Position numbers and translations under genes: made by a program
Origin: Bacteroides sp.
GTDB taxonomy: Bacteria; Bacteroidota; Bacteroidia; Bacteroidales; Bacteroidaceae
DNA: 64,000 bases
Direction of reading: 5' to 3'
Assembly (NCBI GenBank): GCA_036724805.1
Contig: DAIMFE010000006.1
Span: 5,579-69,578 of the forward strand
Shown: positions 19,922 through 28,814 of the stretch, in pieces
Layout of the letters: each line of letters starts with the position of its first letter
Numbering within the stretch: position 1 is the first letter of the stretch
Notes under the pieces: model-generated
Told to the model about the DNA's origin: nothing
Database searches by the model: none
What the model saw: only the letters and a program-made list of their open reading frames with translations

Positions 19922-21886
19922 ATGAATAAAAATAAAATATTAAGTCTTTTCTTACTTGCAGCCGCTGTATTGTCGGGGTGTAGCGATGATTTTTTGCAGG
20001 AAAAAAGAGATTATGATTCTTTCGATGAAACGCTATTTGCAAGTGAAATTCAGACAGGCAGATACATTGATAAGATTTATTATGATTTCTTCTCTGGTTA
20101 TAATTCTCCCACTAAAACTTTAGTTGGAGGTTACAACGATGATAGAGGAAATATGACAGAAGAGTTGGGAGGTGCTATTACGAATTATATAAATCCGGGT
20201 AGAACCCTTGTAAATGCTTCCGACTGTCCGGGATATTATGGTGCGGCACTAGGTGCAAATCCTCAGAATCATCCTTACAACCGAATCAGGAATTGCAACA
20301 TCCTTCTTGAAAAAATAGATGAGATAGGAGCTTCACTTCCCGAAGATTTTCGGAATAGAAGCAAAGGACAAATGTATTTTCTGAGAGCATTACAGTATTT
20401 CGACCTGTTTCGTGTATATGGAGGCGTACCTATTGTAACCACAGTTTTAGAGGCTTCTTCAGCAGATGAGAGTATTAAATATCCCAGGGCATCTACTGCA
20501 GAGTGTATAGAGCAAATTATTAAGGACCTGGATGCCGCAGCAGGGTTATTACCAATGAAATGGGAAAATGAGGGGGCTGATTATGGACGTTTCACAAAAG
20601 CAGCGGCATTAGCAATGAAGAGCCGTGTTTTATTAACAGCCGCTAGTCCATTGTTTAATTCCGATTGGGATAATCAGGCAAATGCGCTTTGGGATTCCGC
20701 GTTAAAAGCAGGTTTGACTGCTGAAACCGAATTGAGTGCAGGTGGTTACGGATTATATGGAAATTCTTCTAAGGAATGGGAGGAAATGTTCCTGATAGAC
20801 AACAAGTTCTGTAAAGAAGTTATTATGCTGCAACTGTGCTCTCCTGCCCAATCTTCGTCTACTCTTAGAAATGGATGGGAAAAAGCTGTACGCTTGCCAA
20901 GTCAAGGAGGGGGTGGAGGAAAAGCCGCTCCGAAAGAAATGATTGATCTTTTCCCATTGGCAGATGGAGCCCGTCCAACGGTAGCAAATGGTTATGATGA
21001 AGAATTATTTTTCTTAAACAGAGATCCGCGTTTCTATCGCACATTTGCCTTTCCGGGTGTAAAATGGGGATATAAAACGGAAAGTAACGCGGTTGTATGG
21101 GCATATCAGTATAAAAAGGCAGATGGAACAACCATTGTTTATGCAGACAATAACCAATTGAAAAGTCCCGCGTTTATTCGTAAAATGTCAAATCAGCAAG
21201 CCGATGAAACGTCATTCGACTATTCGGGTACAGATATATTTGAATACAGATATGCAGAATTATTATTGAATATCGCAGAATGTTATGCAGCTAAGGGAGA
21301 TATCACAAATTGTATCAGTTATCTGGGTAAGGTTCGCGCGCGTGTAGGTATTCCTGCTGATGACAACTACGGATTAGGCACTATTTCTGATAAATATGCA
21401 GCATTAGAAGCTTGTCTTTACGAACGCCGTATTGAATTAGCCTATGAAGGTAAGCGTTTTTGGGACATTCAGAGATGGATGCTTTATAATGACGATGATG
21501 CTGCCGGAAATAATACATGTGCTAAATTAGGACTTGCACCAATTAACGGAACATGTCGCACAGGCGGTCATTGGCAAGCTAAGGTTAATAGCGATAACGA
21601 CCCTATCAAACCTCTTTATGGTTCTATTTTAGTAGATCCCGATGCCGATGATTTTACAACTCAATTAAATGCATTAGCCGATTTCTATGAAGAAAATTTC
21701 ACAACAGTGCCACCGGTAACTCCGATGGACATGGATGGAGGAAATCCTGTTAATATTTTATGGAGGCAAAACTATTATTTATTCGGGTTGAATAACACTG
21801 TATTAAGTAATAATCCTTGGTTATTGCAAACAACAGGATGGAATGATATGGGCGGTGCTCCCGGCACTTACAGTTATAGACAATAA
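19922..21886 (+). CDS. susD: SusD/RagB glycan-binding lipoprotein
   Basis: Lipobox LSGC; YFLRALQYFDLFRVYGGVPI, RYAELLLNIAEC, ERRIELAYEGKRFWDIQRW. Confidence 0.95.
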   Translation: MNKNKILSLFLLAAAVLSGCSDDFLQEKRDYDSFDETLFASEIQTGRYIDKIYYDFFSGYNSPTKTLVGGYNDDRGNMTEELGGAITNYINPGRTLVNASDCPGYYGAALGANPQNHPYNRIRNCNILLEKIDEIGASLPEDFRNRSKGQMYFLRALQYFDLFRVYGGVPIVTTVLEASSADESIKYPRASTAECIEQIIKDLDAAAGLLPMKWENEGADYGRFTKAAALAMKSRVLLTAASPLFNSDWDNQANALWDSALKAGLTAETELSAGGYGLYGNSSKEWEEMFLIDNKFCKEVIMLQLCSPAQSSSTLRNGWEKAVRLPSQGGGGGKAAPKEMIDLFPLADGARPTVANGYDEELFFLNRDPRFYRTFAFPGVKWGYKTESNAVVWAYQYKKADGTTIVYADNNQLKSPAFIRKMSNQQADETSFDYSGTDIFEYRYAELLLNIAECYAAKGDITNCISYLGKVRARVGIPADDNYGLGTISDKYAALEACLYERRIELAYEGKRFWDIQRWMLYNDDDAAGNNTCAKLGLAPINGTCRTGGHWQAKVNSDNDPIKPLYGSILVDPDADDFTTQLNALADFYEENFTTVPPVTPMDMDGGNPVNILWRQNYYLFGLNNTVLSNNPWLLQTTGWNDMGGAPGTYSYRQ

Positions 21887-21891
21887 CAACA

Positions 21892-21927
21892 TAAATCCTT
21901 CTGCGGAATGAGCTGCAGAAGGATTTA
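21892..21927 (+). terminator. Stem-loop after susD (terminator or mRNA stabiliser)
   Basis: 13-bp arms taaatccttctgc / gcagaaggattta. Confidence 0.7.
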
Positions 21928-21951
21928 GAAAATTAGGATTTCAGATCAAAG

Positions 21952-22117
21952 TCGTTTAGTTAAGAAGGTTCTTGTTACCGATGATATAAGCAATGGAAAA
22001 GATAATGGAAAAGACTGTTTTTTATAGTTTGCGAGATGTACATCTCGCAAACTATAAAGAGTGTATTCTTCTTCTTGGAAGTGTAGTTTTAGGAGGCAAG
22101 AACCCTTAACAAAACGA
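21952..22117. repeat. ~170-bp element with imperfect terminal inverted repeats and a central 38-bp perfect palindrome
   Basis: tcgtttagttaagaaggttcttg (21952-74) versus caagaacccttaacaaaacga (22097-117); palindrome at 22021-22058. Confidence 0.75.
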
Positions 22118-22234
22118 TATTGTGCTTTAGAATTACAGGTTAATTGTTTTTTAGACTTTAATTTAGTTTTCAATTTAGGTATTAGTTTAGTTTTAGATTT
22201 AGGTATTAGTTTTTTAAATTAAAAGAAAAGTAAA

Positions 22235-23926
22235 ATGAAAAGGAAATTTTTAGTTCCATGTATCGCAATGTTAGCCGGTGTATTTATCGAGCCGGCTTTT
22301 GCGCAGTATCCCCAGATTCCTGATGATGTAAAAAAAGCTACGGAGAAAATGATGGAAGAATCGAAGCAGCTCTCTGATATTGCTTGGCAAAAAGCATTGC
22401 CGATTATAGAAAAAGAGGCAAAAGAAGGGAAACCTTATATCCCTTGGGCGGCGCGCCCTACCGATTTACCACAAGCCGAAATACCTGCATTTCCCGGTGC
22501 GCAAGGCGGCGGAGCATACAGCTTTGGAGGTCGTGGTGGTAAAGTAATTGTGGTAACAAACCTCAATGATAATGGTCCGGGAAGTTTTCGTGAAGCTTGC
22601 GAGCAAGGAGGGGCACGTATTATTGTATTCAATGTGGCAGGTATTATAAAATTGAAAACTCCTGTTATTATCCGCGCGCCGTATATTACCATTGCAGGGC
22701 AAACAGCTCCGGGCGATGGCATTTGTATAGCCGGAGAAACCATCTGGGCAGATACACACGATGTTGTAGTTCGCCACATGCGCTTTCGCCGTGGAGAAAC
22801 CGGTGTAGGACGCCGTGATGATTCATTCGGAGGAAACCCTGTCGGAAATATTATGATCGACCACTGTTCTACCAGTTGGGGATTGGATGAAAATATTTCC
22901 TTCTATCGTCATATGTTCGATCCGGGCGATGGCTCTAAACAGCTTAAATTAGGAACAGTAAACGTAACTATCCAGAATACGATTTCTTCTCAGGCATTAG
23001 ATACTTACAATCATGCGTTTGGTAGTACTTTAGGAGGAGAAAACTGTACATTTATGCGTAATCTTTGGGCAAATAATGCCGGACGCAACCCTTCTATAGG
23101 ATGGAATGGTGTTTTTAATTTCGTTAATAACGTGGTGTATAATTGGGTTCACCGGTCGGTTGATGGCGGAGATTATACAGCCCTTTATAATATGATAAAC
23201 AATTACTATAAACCGGGACCTATGACACCCAAAGATGCTCCTGTAGGACATAGAATCGTGAAACCCGAATCGGGACGCAGCAAATTGGGTTATAAAGTTT
23301 ACGGTCGCGTTTATGCCAACGGTAACATTATGGAAGGCTATCCGGAAATAACTAAAGATAACTGGGCAGGAGGCGTTCAGGTAGAAACACAAGGCAATAC
23401 AGACGGATATACTGAGAACATGAAATGGAACAAACCATTCCCTATCCAGAATGAATTTCCGATAACATCGGCACAAGAAGCCTACGATTTTGTGATGGAA
23501 AATGTAGGTGCTACATTCCCCAAGCGTGATATTGTAGACCAACGAGTTATAGAACAGGTGAAAACAGGAAAAGTATATTACGAAAAAGGTCTCGACCCGA
23601 ACAGTTTCTACCAGTTCAAATATCGCCGTTTGCCTGCCGATTCTTATAAATATGGAATCATCACAGATATAGCACAAGTAGGAGGATACCCTGAATATAA
23701 AGGAAAGCCTTACAAAGATAGTGATGGTGACGGAATTCCTGACGAATGGGAGAAAAAATACGGTTTAGATCCAAAAGATCCCTCTGATGCTGTTAAGGAC
23801 ATGAATAGTGACGGATATACCAATATTGAAAAATATATAAACGGAATTGATCCGACTAAAAAAGTAGATTGGACAAACCCTGATAACAACTATGATACCC
23901 TTGCTGGTAAAAAAAGTTTGTTCTGA
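22235..23926 (+). CDS. PL1-family pectate/RG-II lyase (BT1023-like) with C-terminal Ca-binding DxDGDG repeats
   Basis: PAFPGAQGGG..SFGGRGG, TIAGQTAPGDGI, IDHCSTSWGLDE, DSDGDGIPDEWE. Confidence 0.88.
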   Translation: MKRKFLVPCIAMLAGVFIEPAFAQYPQIPDDVKKATEKMMEESKQLSDIAWQKALPIIEKEAKEGKPYIPWAARPTDLPQAEIPAFPGAQGGGAYSFGGRGGKVIVVTNLNDNGPGSFREACEQGGARIIVFNVAGIIKLKTPVIIRAPYITIAGQTAPGDGICIAGETIWADTHDVVVRHMRFRRGETGVGRRDDSFGGNPVGNIMIDHCSTSWGLDENISFYRHMFDPGDGSKQLKLGTVNVTIQNTISSQALDTYNHAFGSTLGGENCTFMRNLWANNAGRNPSIGWNGVFNFVNNVVYNWVHRSVDGGDYTALYNMINNYYKPGPMTPKDAPVGHRIVKPESGRSKLGYKVYGRVYANGNIMEGYPEITKDNWAGGVQVETQGNTDGYTENMKWNKPFPIQNEFPITSAQEAYDFVMENVGATFPKRDIVDQRVIEQVKTGKVYYEKGLDPNSFYQFKYRRLPADSYKYGIITDIAQVGGYPEYKGKPYKDSDGDGIPDEWEKKYGLDPKDPSDAVKDMNSDGYTNIEKYINGIDPTKKVDWTNPDNNYDTLAGKKSLF

Positions 23927-23951
23927 TCGCTAATTTAAGGAAGTAAACAAT

Positions 23952-23996
23952 ATTAGTTTATACTATAATATGCAACATATTATAGTATAAACTAAT
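23952..23996. repeat. Perfect inverted repeat, 21-bp arms and 3-nt loop
   Basis: attagtttatactataatatg-caa-catattatagtataaactaat. Confidence 0.9.
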
Positions 23997-24045
23997 TGGT
24001 GATTTGCACTTCATCTCTTTTAGAAAATATGTCAAGAAAAGAAAT

Positions 24046-24693
24046 ATGAGAAATTTGTTAGGTATTATATTCGGATTACTATTTAGCTTCTCTGCATTTG
24101 CGCAAAATGATGCTGAATATAGAAAAGTACTCACCGAAAGAGCCGAAAAGATTGTAAAAACATTGGGTATCAACGATTCGGAAAAGTATAACAGGGTAAC
24201 CGAAACGCTGGTAAATCAATATAAAACGTTAGGTGAAATAAACGATGGTTATGATAATAACATTAAAATTGTTAAAGAAAAAACGAAAGATAGATCTCAA
24301 TTAGAAGCAGCAACAGCGTCTTTATATAATGAAAAAATGGCTCAACTATATGATGCGCAATGTGCCTTTTTAGGAAACCTTTCCGCGGATTTAACAGATG
24401 AGCAAATAAACCAGGTAAAAGACGGGATGACATACGGTGTACTGATGGTTACTTACAAATCATACAACGATATGGTTCCAACGCTCAAAGAAAACGAAAA
24501 AAGACAAATATACGCATGGCTTATCGAAGCGCGTGAACATGCCATGAGTGCGTCATCCTCGAAAGATAAGCACGGATGGTTTGGAAAATACAAAGGACGT
24601 ATTAATAATTATCTCTCGAAACAAGGTTATGATATCCAAAAAGAACGTAAAGCTTGGGAAGAAAGAGTGAAAGCCGCAGGAGGTACATTATAA
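24046..24693 (+). CDS. DUF3826-like secreted protein (BT1022-like)
   Basis: Signal peptide from ATG 24046; VKDGMTYG, LIEAREHAM, KHGWFGKYKGRINNYLS. Confidence 0.75.
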   Translation: MRNLLGIIFGLLFSFSAFAQNDAEYRKVLTERAEKIVKTLGINDSEKYNRVTETLVNQYKTLGEINDGYDNNIKIVKEKTKDRSQLEAATASLYNEKMAQLYDAQCAFLGNLSADLTDEQINQVKDGMTYGVLMVTYKSYNDMVPTLKENEKRQIYAWLIEAREHAMSASSSKDKHGWFGKYKGRINNYLSKQGYDIQKERKAWEERVKAAGGTL

Positions 24694-24715
24694 ACCCGAA
24701 ATGACCAACAGCAAT

Positions 24716-24780
24716 TTGCATTTTCGAATTACAAAGTTCCTTTTGAGAGAAATAAAAGTTTCTTTTGGATGAGAAAACGT
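24716..24780. repeat. Decayed copy of the 21-22-bp palindromic array family
   Basis: ttgcattttcgaattacaa (24716-34) is identical to 37149-37167. Confidence 0.55.
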
Positions 24781-24813
24781 TGGGACAAAGCAAATAACTT
24801 TAATTTGAACCCC

Positions 24814-27800
24814 ATGAAAAAAATATTCATTTGTTTTTTGATCTTATTCTGTACAGGAGTAAATACCTTTTCTCAGAAAAAAAATATACCTAAACCTATC
24901 CCTCCTCTTGAGTTTAAGGATGGAAAACTGTCTTATGAACCGGATAGCTTAGGTAATCGTATTCCTGATTTTTCATATGCAGGATATGGGGCAGGCGAAA
25001 AGCCTATCCCTCTTATTGGTATAAAAGTGGTTGTTCCTCTATCAAAAGAAGATGCAACCGAAAATATCCAGAAAGCTTTGGATTGTGTGAGTTCGATGAA
25101 ACCCGATGCAAATGGATTTCGCGGAACAGTTTTGTTGCAGGCCGGAGAGTATAAGGTAGCGGGAAGTTTGTATATCAGAAACTCGGGTGTGGTGCTAAGA
25201 GGCTGTGGAGCAGGAGATAATGGAACAAAATTAATTGCTACAGGAAAAGATCGCCGAACATTAATACGAATTTTAGGAAGAGGCGATAGGATGATACAGG
25301 ATACCATTCCCGTAAAAAACACTTATGTTCCTGTTAATTCTACAACCTTAAATATTCCTGTTCGTCATGGATTAAAGGTGGGAGATAAAATCTTAATCCA
25401 AAGACCCTCTACTAAGGAGTGGATTGAGAAACTAGGAACGGCTCATTTTGGAGGTGGAATCACCGCTTTAGGCTGGAAACCCGGCGATCATGATATTTAT
25501 TGGGATAGAACCGTAACATCTGTAAATAACGATAAAATAGTTTTTGATGCTCCTATTACAACCTCTTTAGATGCGCAATATGGAGGAGGATATGTTCTTC
25601 CGTATACTTGGAATGGACGCGTATCGAATGTAGGGATTGAAAATTTGGCATGTATTTCGGAGTACAACAGAAGTAATGTAAAAGACGAATCGCACTCATG
25701 GATGGCAATAACCATCGAAAACGCAATGGATGTTTGGGTTCGAAATACAAGTTTCAGGCATTTTGCAGGATCAGCGGTTATGGTGCTCGAAACAGCGAAA
25801 CGGATTACGGTAGAAAACTGTAAATCGTTAGATCCGATATCAGAAATCGGAGGGCATCGCAGGTATACGTTTTTTACTTCAGGGCAACAATGCTTGTTCC
25901 AAAGACTATATGCCGAAAATGGTTACCATGATTTTGCGGTAGGATTTTGTGCTCCTGGTCCAAATGCCTTTGTGCAATGTTATTCGGAGTTGCCTTATAG
26001 CTTTAGTGGCGCTGTTGATAGTTGGGCATCCGGCATATTGTTCGACATTGTGAATGCTAACGGGAATGCGCTCTGCTATAAAAACAGGATGCAGGAAAAT
26101 CAAGGTACAGGATGGTCGGCCGCGAACAGTGTCTTTTGGCAGTGCTCCGCATCTCTTATCGAATGCTTTGCTCCACCTATGGCTCAGAATTGGGCGTTCG
26201 GTTCGTGGTCTGAGTTTTCGGGTAACGGATACTGGAACGAAAGCAATAATCATATTCAACCGCGAAGTTTATATTACCAACAGCTAAAAGAACGGTTGGG
26301 AAGTAAATATACAGACAGAGCCAATCTTTTGCCTTTCAAAGGGGAGGCTTCGAGTTCGCCGAAGGTGGAAGTTGCTGCCGAATTAACAAAAAAAGCATAT
26401 GAACCCGTATTAACTCTATCTCAGTGGATTGATAAACTGAATAAAGAAAGTAACATCACAACTGCGTTTGACCCATCTCTTATCTATAAAGAAAGTAAGC
26501 AGCTATACAAACCATCAGTTAAAACTTCTCCTCTAACGATAAAAAACGGATGGCTAACAAGAGGCAACTCTGTTCAAACCGGACTTTCTCATAGCATTCA
26601 ATGGTGGAGCGGTAACCTACGCCCTACTTATCTGAAAAAAAATAAAAGCCATCATTTAACCCGTTTTGTTCCGGGTAGAGTTGGTGTGGGACTAACAGAT
26701 GATATCGATTCGGTTGCTAAGGCACTCAAAGAGAATCATTATGTAGCAATAGACCATAATTACGGTTTGTGGTACGACCGCCGCCGAGATGACCATGAAC
26801 GTATACGCCGGATAAACGGAGAAGTATGGGCTCCTTTCTACGAACAACCCTTCGCCCGAAGCGGACAAGGCATTGCATACGATGGATTGAGTAAATATGA
26901 TTTAACGAAATTCAACGACTGGTACTGGATGCGCCTTCGCCGGTTTGCGGATGTTGCCGATAAAGAAGGATTAATATTATTGCATCAGAATTATTTTCAG
27001 CATAACATTATCGAAGCCGGTGCTCATTGGGCAGATAGCCCATGGCGCCCGGCTAACAATATTAATAACACAGGTTTTCCCGAACCTGTACCGTATGCGG
27101 GAGATAAACGGATATTCTTTGCAGAACAGTTTTACGATATTAACCATCCGGTTAGAAGAGAATTACATAAAAAATACATCCGTCAATGCCTGAATAATTT
27201 CAGGGGAAATACGAATGTAATACAGCTTATCAGTGCCGAATTTACCGGACCTTTGCATTTCGTTGAATTCTGGCTCGATGTAATATCAGAGTGGGAGCAA
27301 GAAACAGGAGATAAACAATTGATAGCCCTTAGCACTACTAAAGATGTGCAGGATGCAATATTAGCCGACCCCGTTCGCTCCAAAATGGTTGATGTAATAG
27401 ATATTCGATACTGGTTTTATAGGGAGGATGGTACGGCTTACGAACCCAAAGGTGGACAAAATCTTGCTCCACGCCAACATGCGCGGCTAACTAAACCGGG
27501 GAAAGTTTCTTTTGCTTCGGTATATAAAGCAGTAAGTGAATATAGGGAAAAATATCCGGATAAGGCCGTTGTATATTATTCTAACATGTATCCGCAACAA
27601 GCATGGGCGTCTTTTATGGCAGGAGGTTCTTTGGCATGCCTGCCCACCATAGATAAAGAGGGCTTTTTGGAGGCTGCTTCTGCTATGAAAACAATGGCGG
27701 AATTAAATACCGAAAATCAGTATGTGTTGGGAAATCCCGAAAAGGGATACATCATCTATACGGAAAACGGAAATGTTCAACTGAATATTAATACAAAAGA

Positions 27801-28812
27801 CAACTTCGAACTTTACTGGATAGATACCAAAACCGGGAAAGTTGTTAAAGACAACAGAAGGATAAAAGGAGATAAGCAAATAAATATTTCTCACTCTGTA
27901 CAACAGGATATGGTAGCATGGCTTGTGAAAAACAATGCACCTGTTGCAGATGAAAAGGAAGTATATATGTTCACTTCTTTCAGAGAACCTGCCACGGATG
28001 GATTGCGATTTATATATAGTTACGATGGCTATAAATGGGATAGCATTCCGGGAGTATTCTTGAAACCTGAAGCGGGGGCTCAAAAAATAATGCGCGACCC
28101 AAGCATCGTTACAGGACCCGATGGAACATTTCATTTGGTGTGGACTTGCAGCTGGAAGGGCGACCCCGGATTTGGATATGCCTCCTCCAAAGATTTAATA
28201 AACTGGTCGGAACAACAACATATCCCGGTGATGGCTTTTGATGCTACTACTGTTAATGTATGGGCTCCCGAACTTTTTTATGACGATGAAAATAAAGATT
28301 TTATTGTTGTGTGGGCTTCAACTATCCCTTTTAAATTCGAAAAAGGGATAGAGGATGAATACAACAATCATCGCCTATACTATACAAAGACAAAAAACTT
28401 TAAAGATTTTACAAAAGCGGAAATACTGTATAACCCGGGATATAGCTCTATCGATGCTATTATTGTAAAGAAAGCCCCGGCTGATTATGTTTTGGTATTC
28501 AAGGATAATACCCGCCCCGAAAGAAATATGCATGCGGCTTTTGCAAAATCGGCTACCGGACCTTATAATAATCCTACTGAAAAATTTACGGCTAACTTTA
28601 CCGAAGGACCTTCTGCGGTTAAAGTTGGCAATGAATGGCTCATTTACTTTGATGCTTATGAAAAGAAATCCTACGATGCCGTATCTACCGGGGATTTTAA
28701 AACATTTACCGATGTGAATGATAAGATATCCGTGCCCGAAGGGCATAAGCACGGAACTATATTTAAAGTGAAAGAAAGTATTTTGAAAGAACTTCTATCT
28801 ACAACAAATTAA
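24814..28812 (+). CDS. Multidomain secreted CAZyme: N-terminal beta-helix, central DUF6298-like TIM barrel, C-terminal GH43 (BT1021/GH43_18-like) domain
   Basis: IPDFSYAGY/DATENIQKALD beta-helix start; NYGLWYDRRRDDH central motif; MRDPSI, NVWAPE, SIDAII, TEGPS five-bladed-propeller motifs from ~27950. Confidence 0.75.
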   Translation: MKKIFICFLILFCTGVNTFSQKKNIPKPIPPLEFKDGKLSYEPDSLGNRIPDFSYAGYGAGEKPIPLIGIKVVVPLSKEDATENIQKALDCVSSMKPDANGFRGTVLLQAGEYKVAGSLYIRNSGVVLRGCGAGDNGTKLIATGKDRRTLIRILGRGDRMIQDTIPVKNTYVPVNSTTLNIPVRHGLKVGDKILIQRPSTKEWIEKLGTAHFGGGITALGWKPGDHDIYWDRTVTSVNNDKIVFDAPITTSLDAQYGGGYVLPYTWNGRVSNVGIENLACISEYNRSNVKDESHSWMAITIENAMDVWVRNTSFRHFAGSAVMVLETAKRITVENCKSLDPISEIGGHRRYTFFTSGQQCLFQRLYAENGYHDFAVGFCAPGPNAFVQCYSELPYSFSGAVDSWASGILFDIVNANGNALCYKNRMQENQGTGWSAANSVFWQCSASLIECFAPPMAQNWAFGSWSEFSGNGYWNESNNHIQPRSLYYQQLKERLGSKYTDRANLLPFKGEASSSPKVEVAAELTKKAYEPVLTLSQWIDKLNKESNITTAFDPSLIYKESKQLYKPSVKTSPLTIKNGWLTRGNSVQTGLSHSIQWWSGNLRPTYLKKNKSHHLTRFVPGRVGVGLTDDIDSVAKALKENHYVAIDHNYGLWYDRRRDDHERIRRINGEVWAPFYEQPFARSGQGIAYDGLSKYDLTKFNDWYWMRLRRFADVADKEGLILLHQNYFQHNIIEAGAHWADSPWRPANNINNTGFPEPVPYAGDKRIFFAEQFYDINHPVRRELHKKYIRQCLNNFRGNTNVIQLISAEFTGPLHFVEFWLDVISEWEQETGDKQLIALSTTKDVQDAILADPVRSKMVDVIDIRYWFYREDGTAYEPKGGQNLAPRQHARLTKPGKVSFASVYKAVSEYREKYPDKAVVYYSNMYPQQAWASFMAGGSLACLPTIDKEGFLEAASAMKTMAELNTENQYVLGNPEKGYIIYTENGNVQLNINTKDNFELYWIDTKTGKVVKDNRRIKGDKQINISHSVQQDMVAWLVKNNAPVADEKEVYMFTSFREPATDGLRFIYSYDGYKWDSIPGVFLKPEAGAQKIMRDPSIVTGPDGTFHLVWTCSWKGDPGFGYASSKDLINWSEQQHIPVMAFDATTVNVWAPELFYDDENKDFIVVWASTIPFKFEKGIEDEYNNHRLYYTKTKNFKDFTKAEILYNPGYSSIDAIIVKKAPADYVLVFKDNTRPERNMHAAFAKSATGPYNNPTEKFTANFTEGPSAVKVGNEWLIYFDAYEKKSYDAVSTGDFKTFTDVNDKISVPEGHKHGTIFKVKESILKELLSTTN

Positions 28813-28814
28813 TT

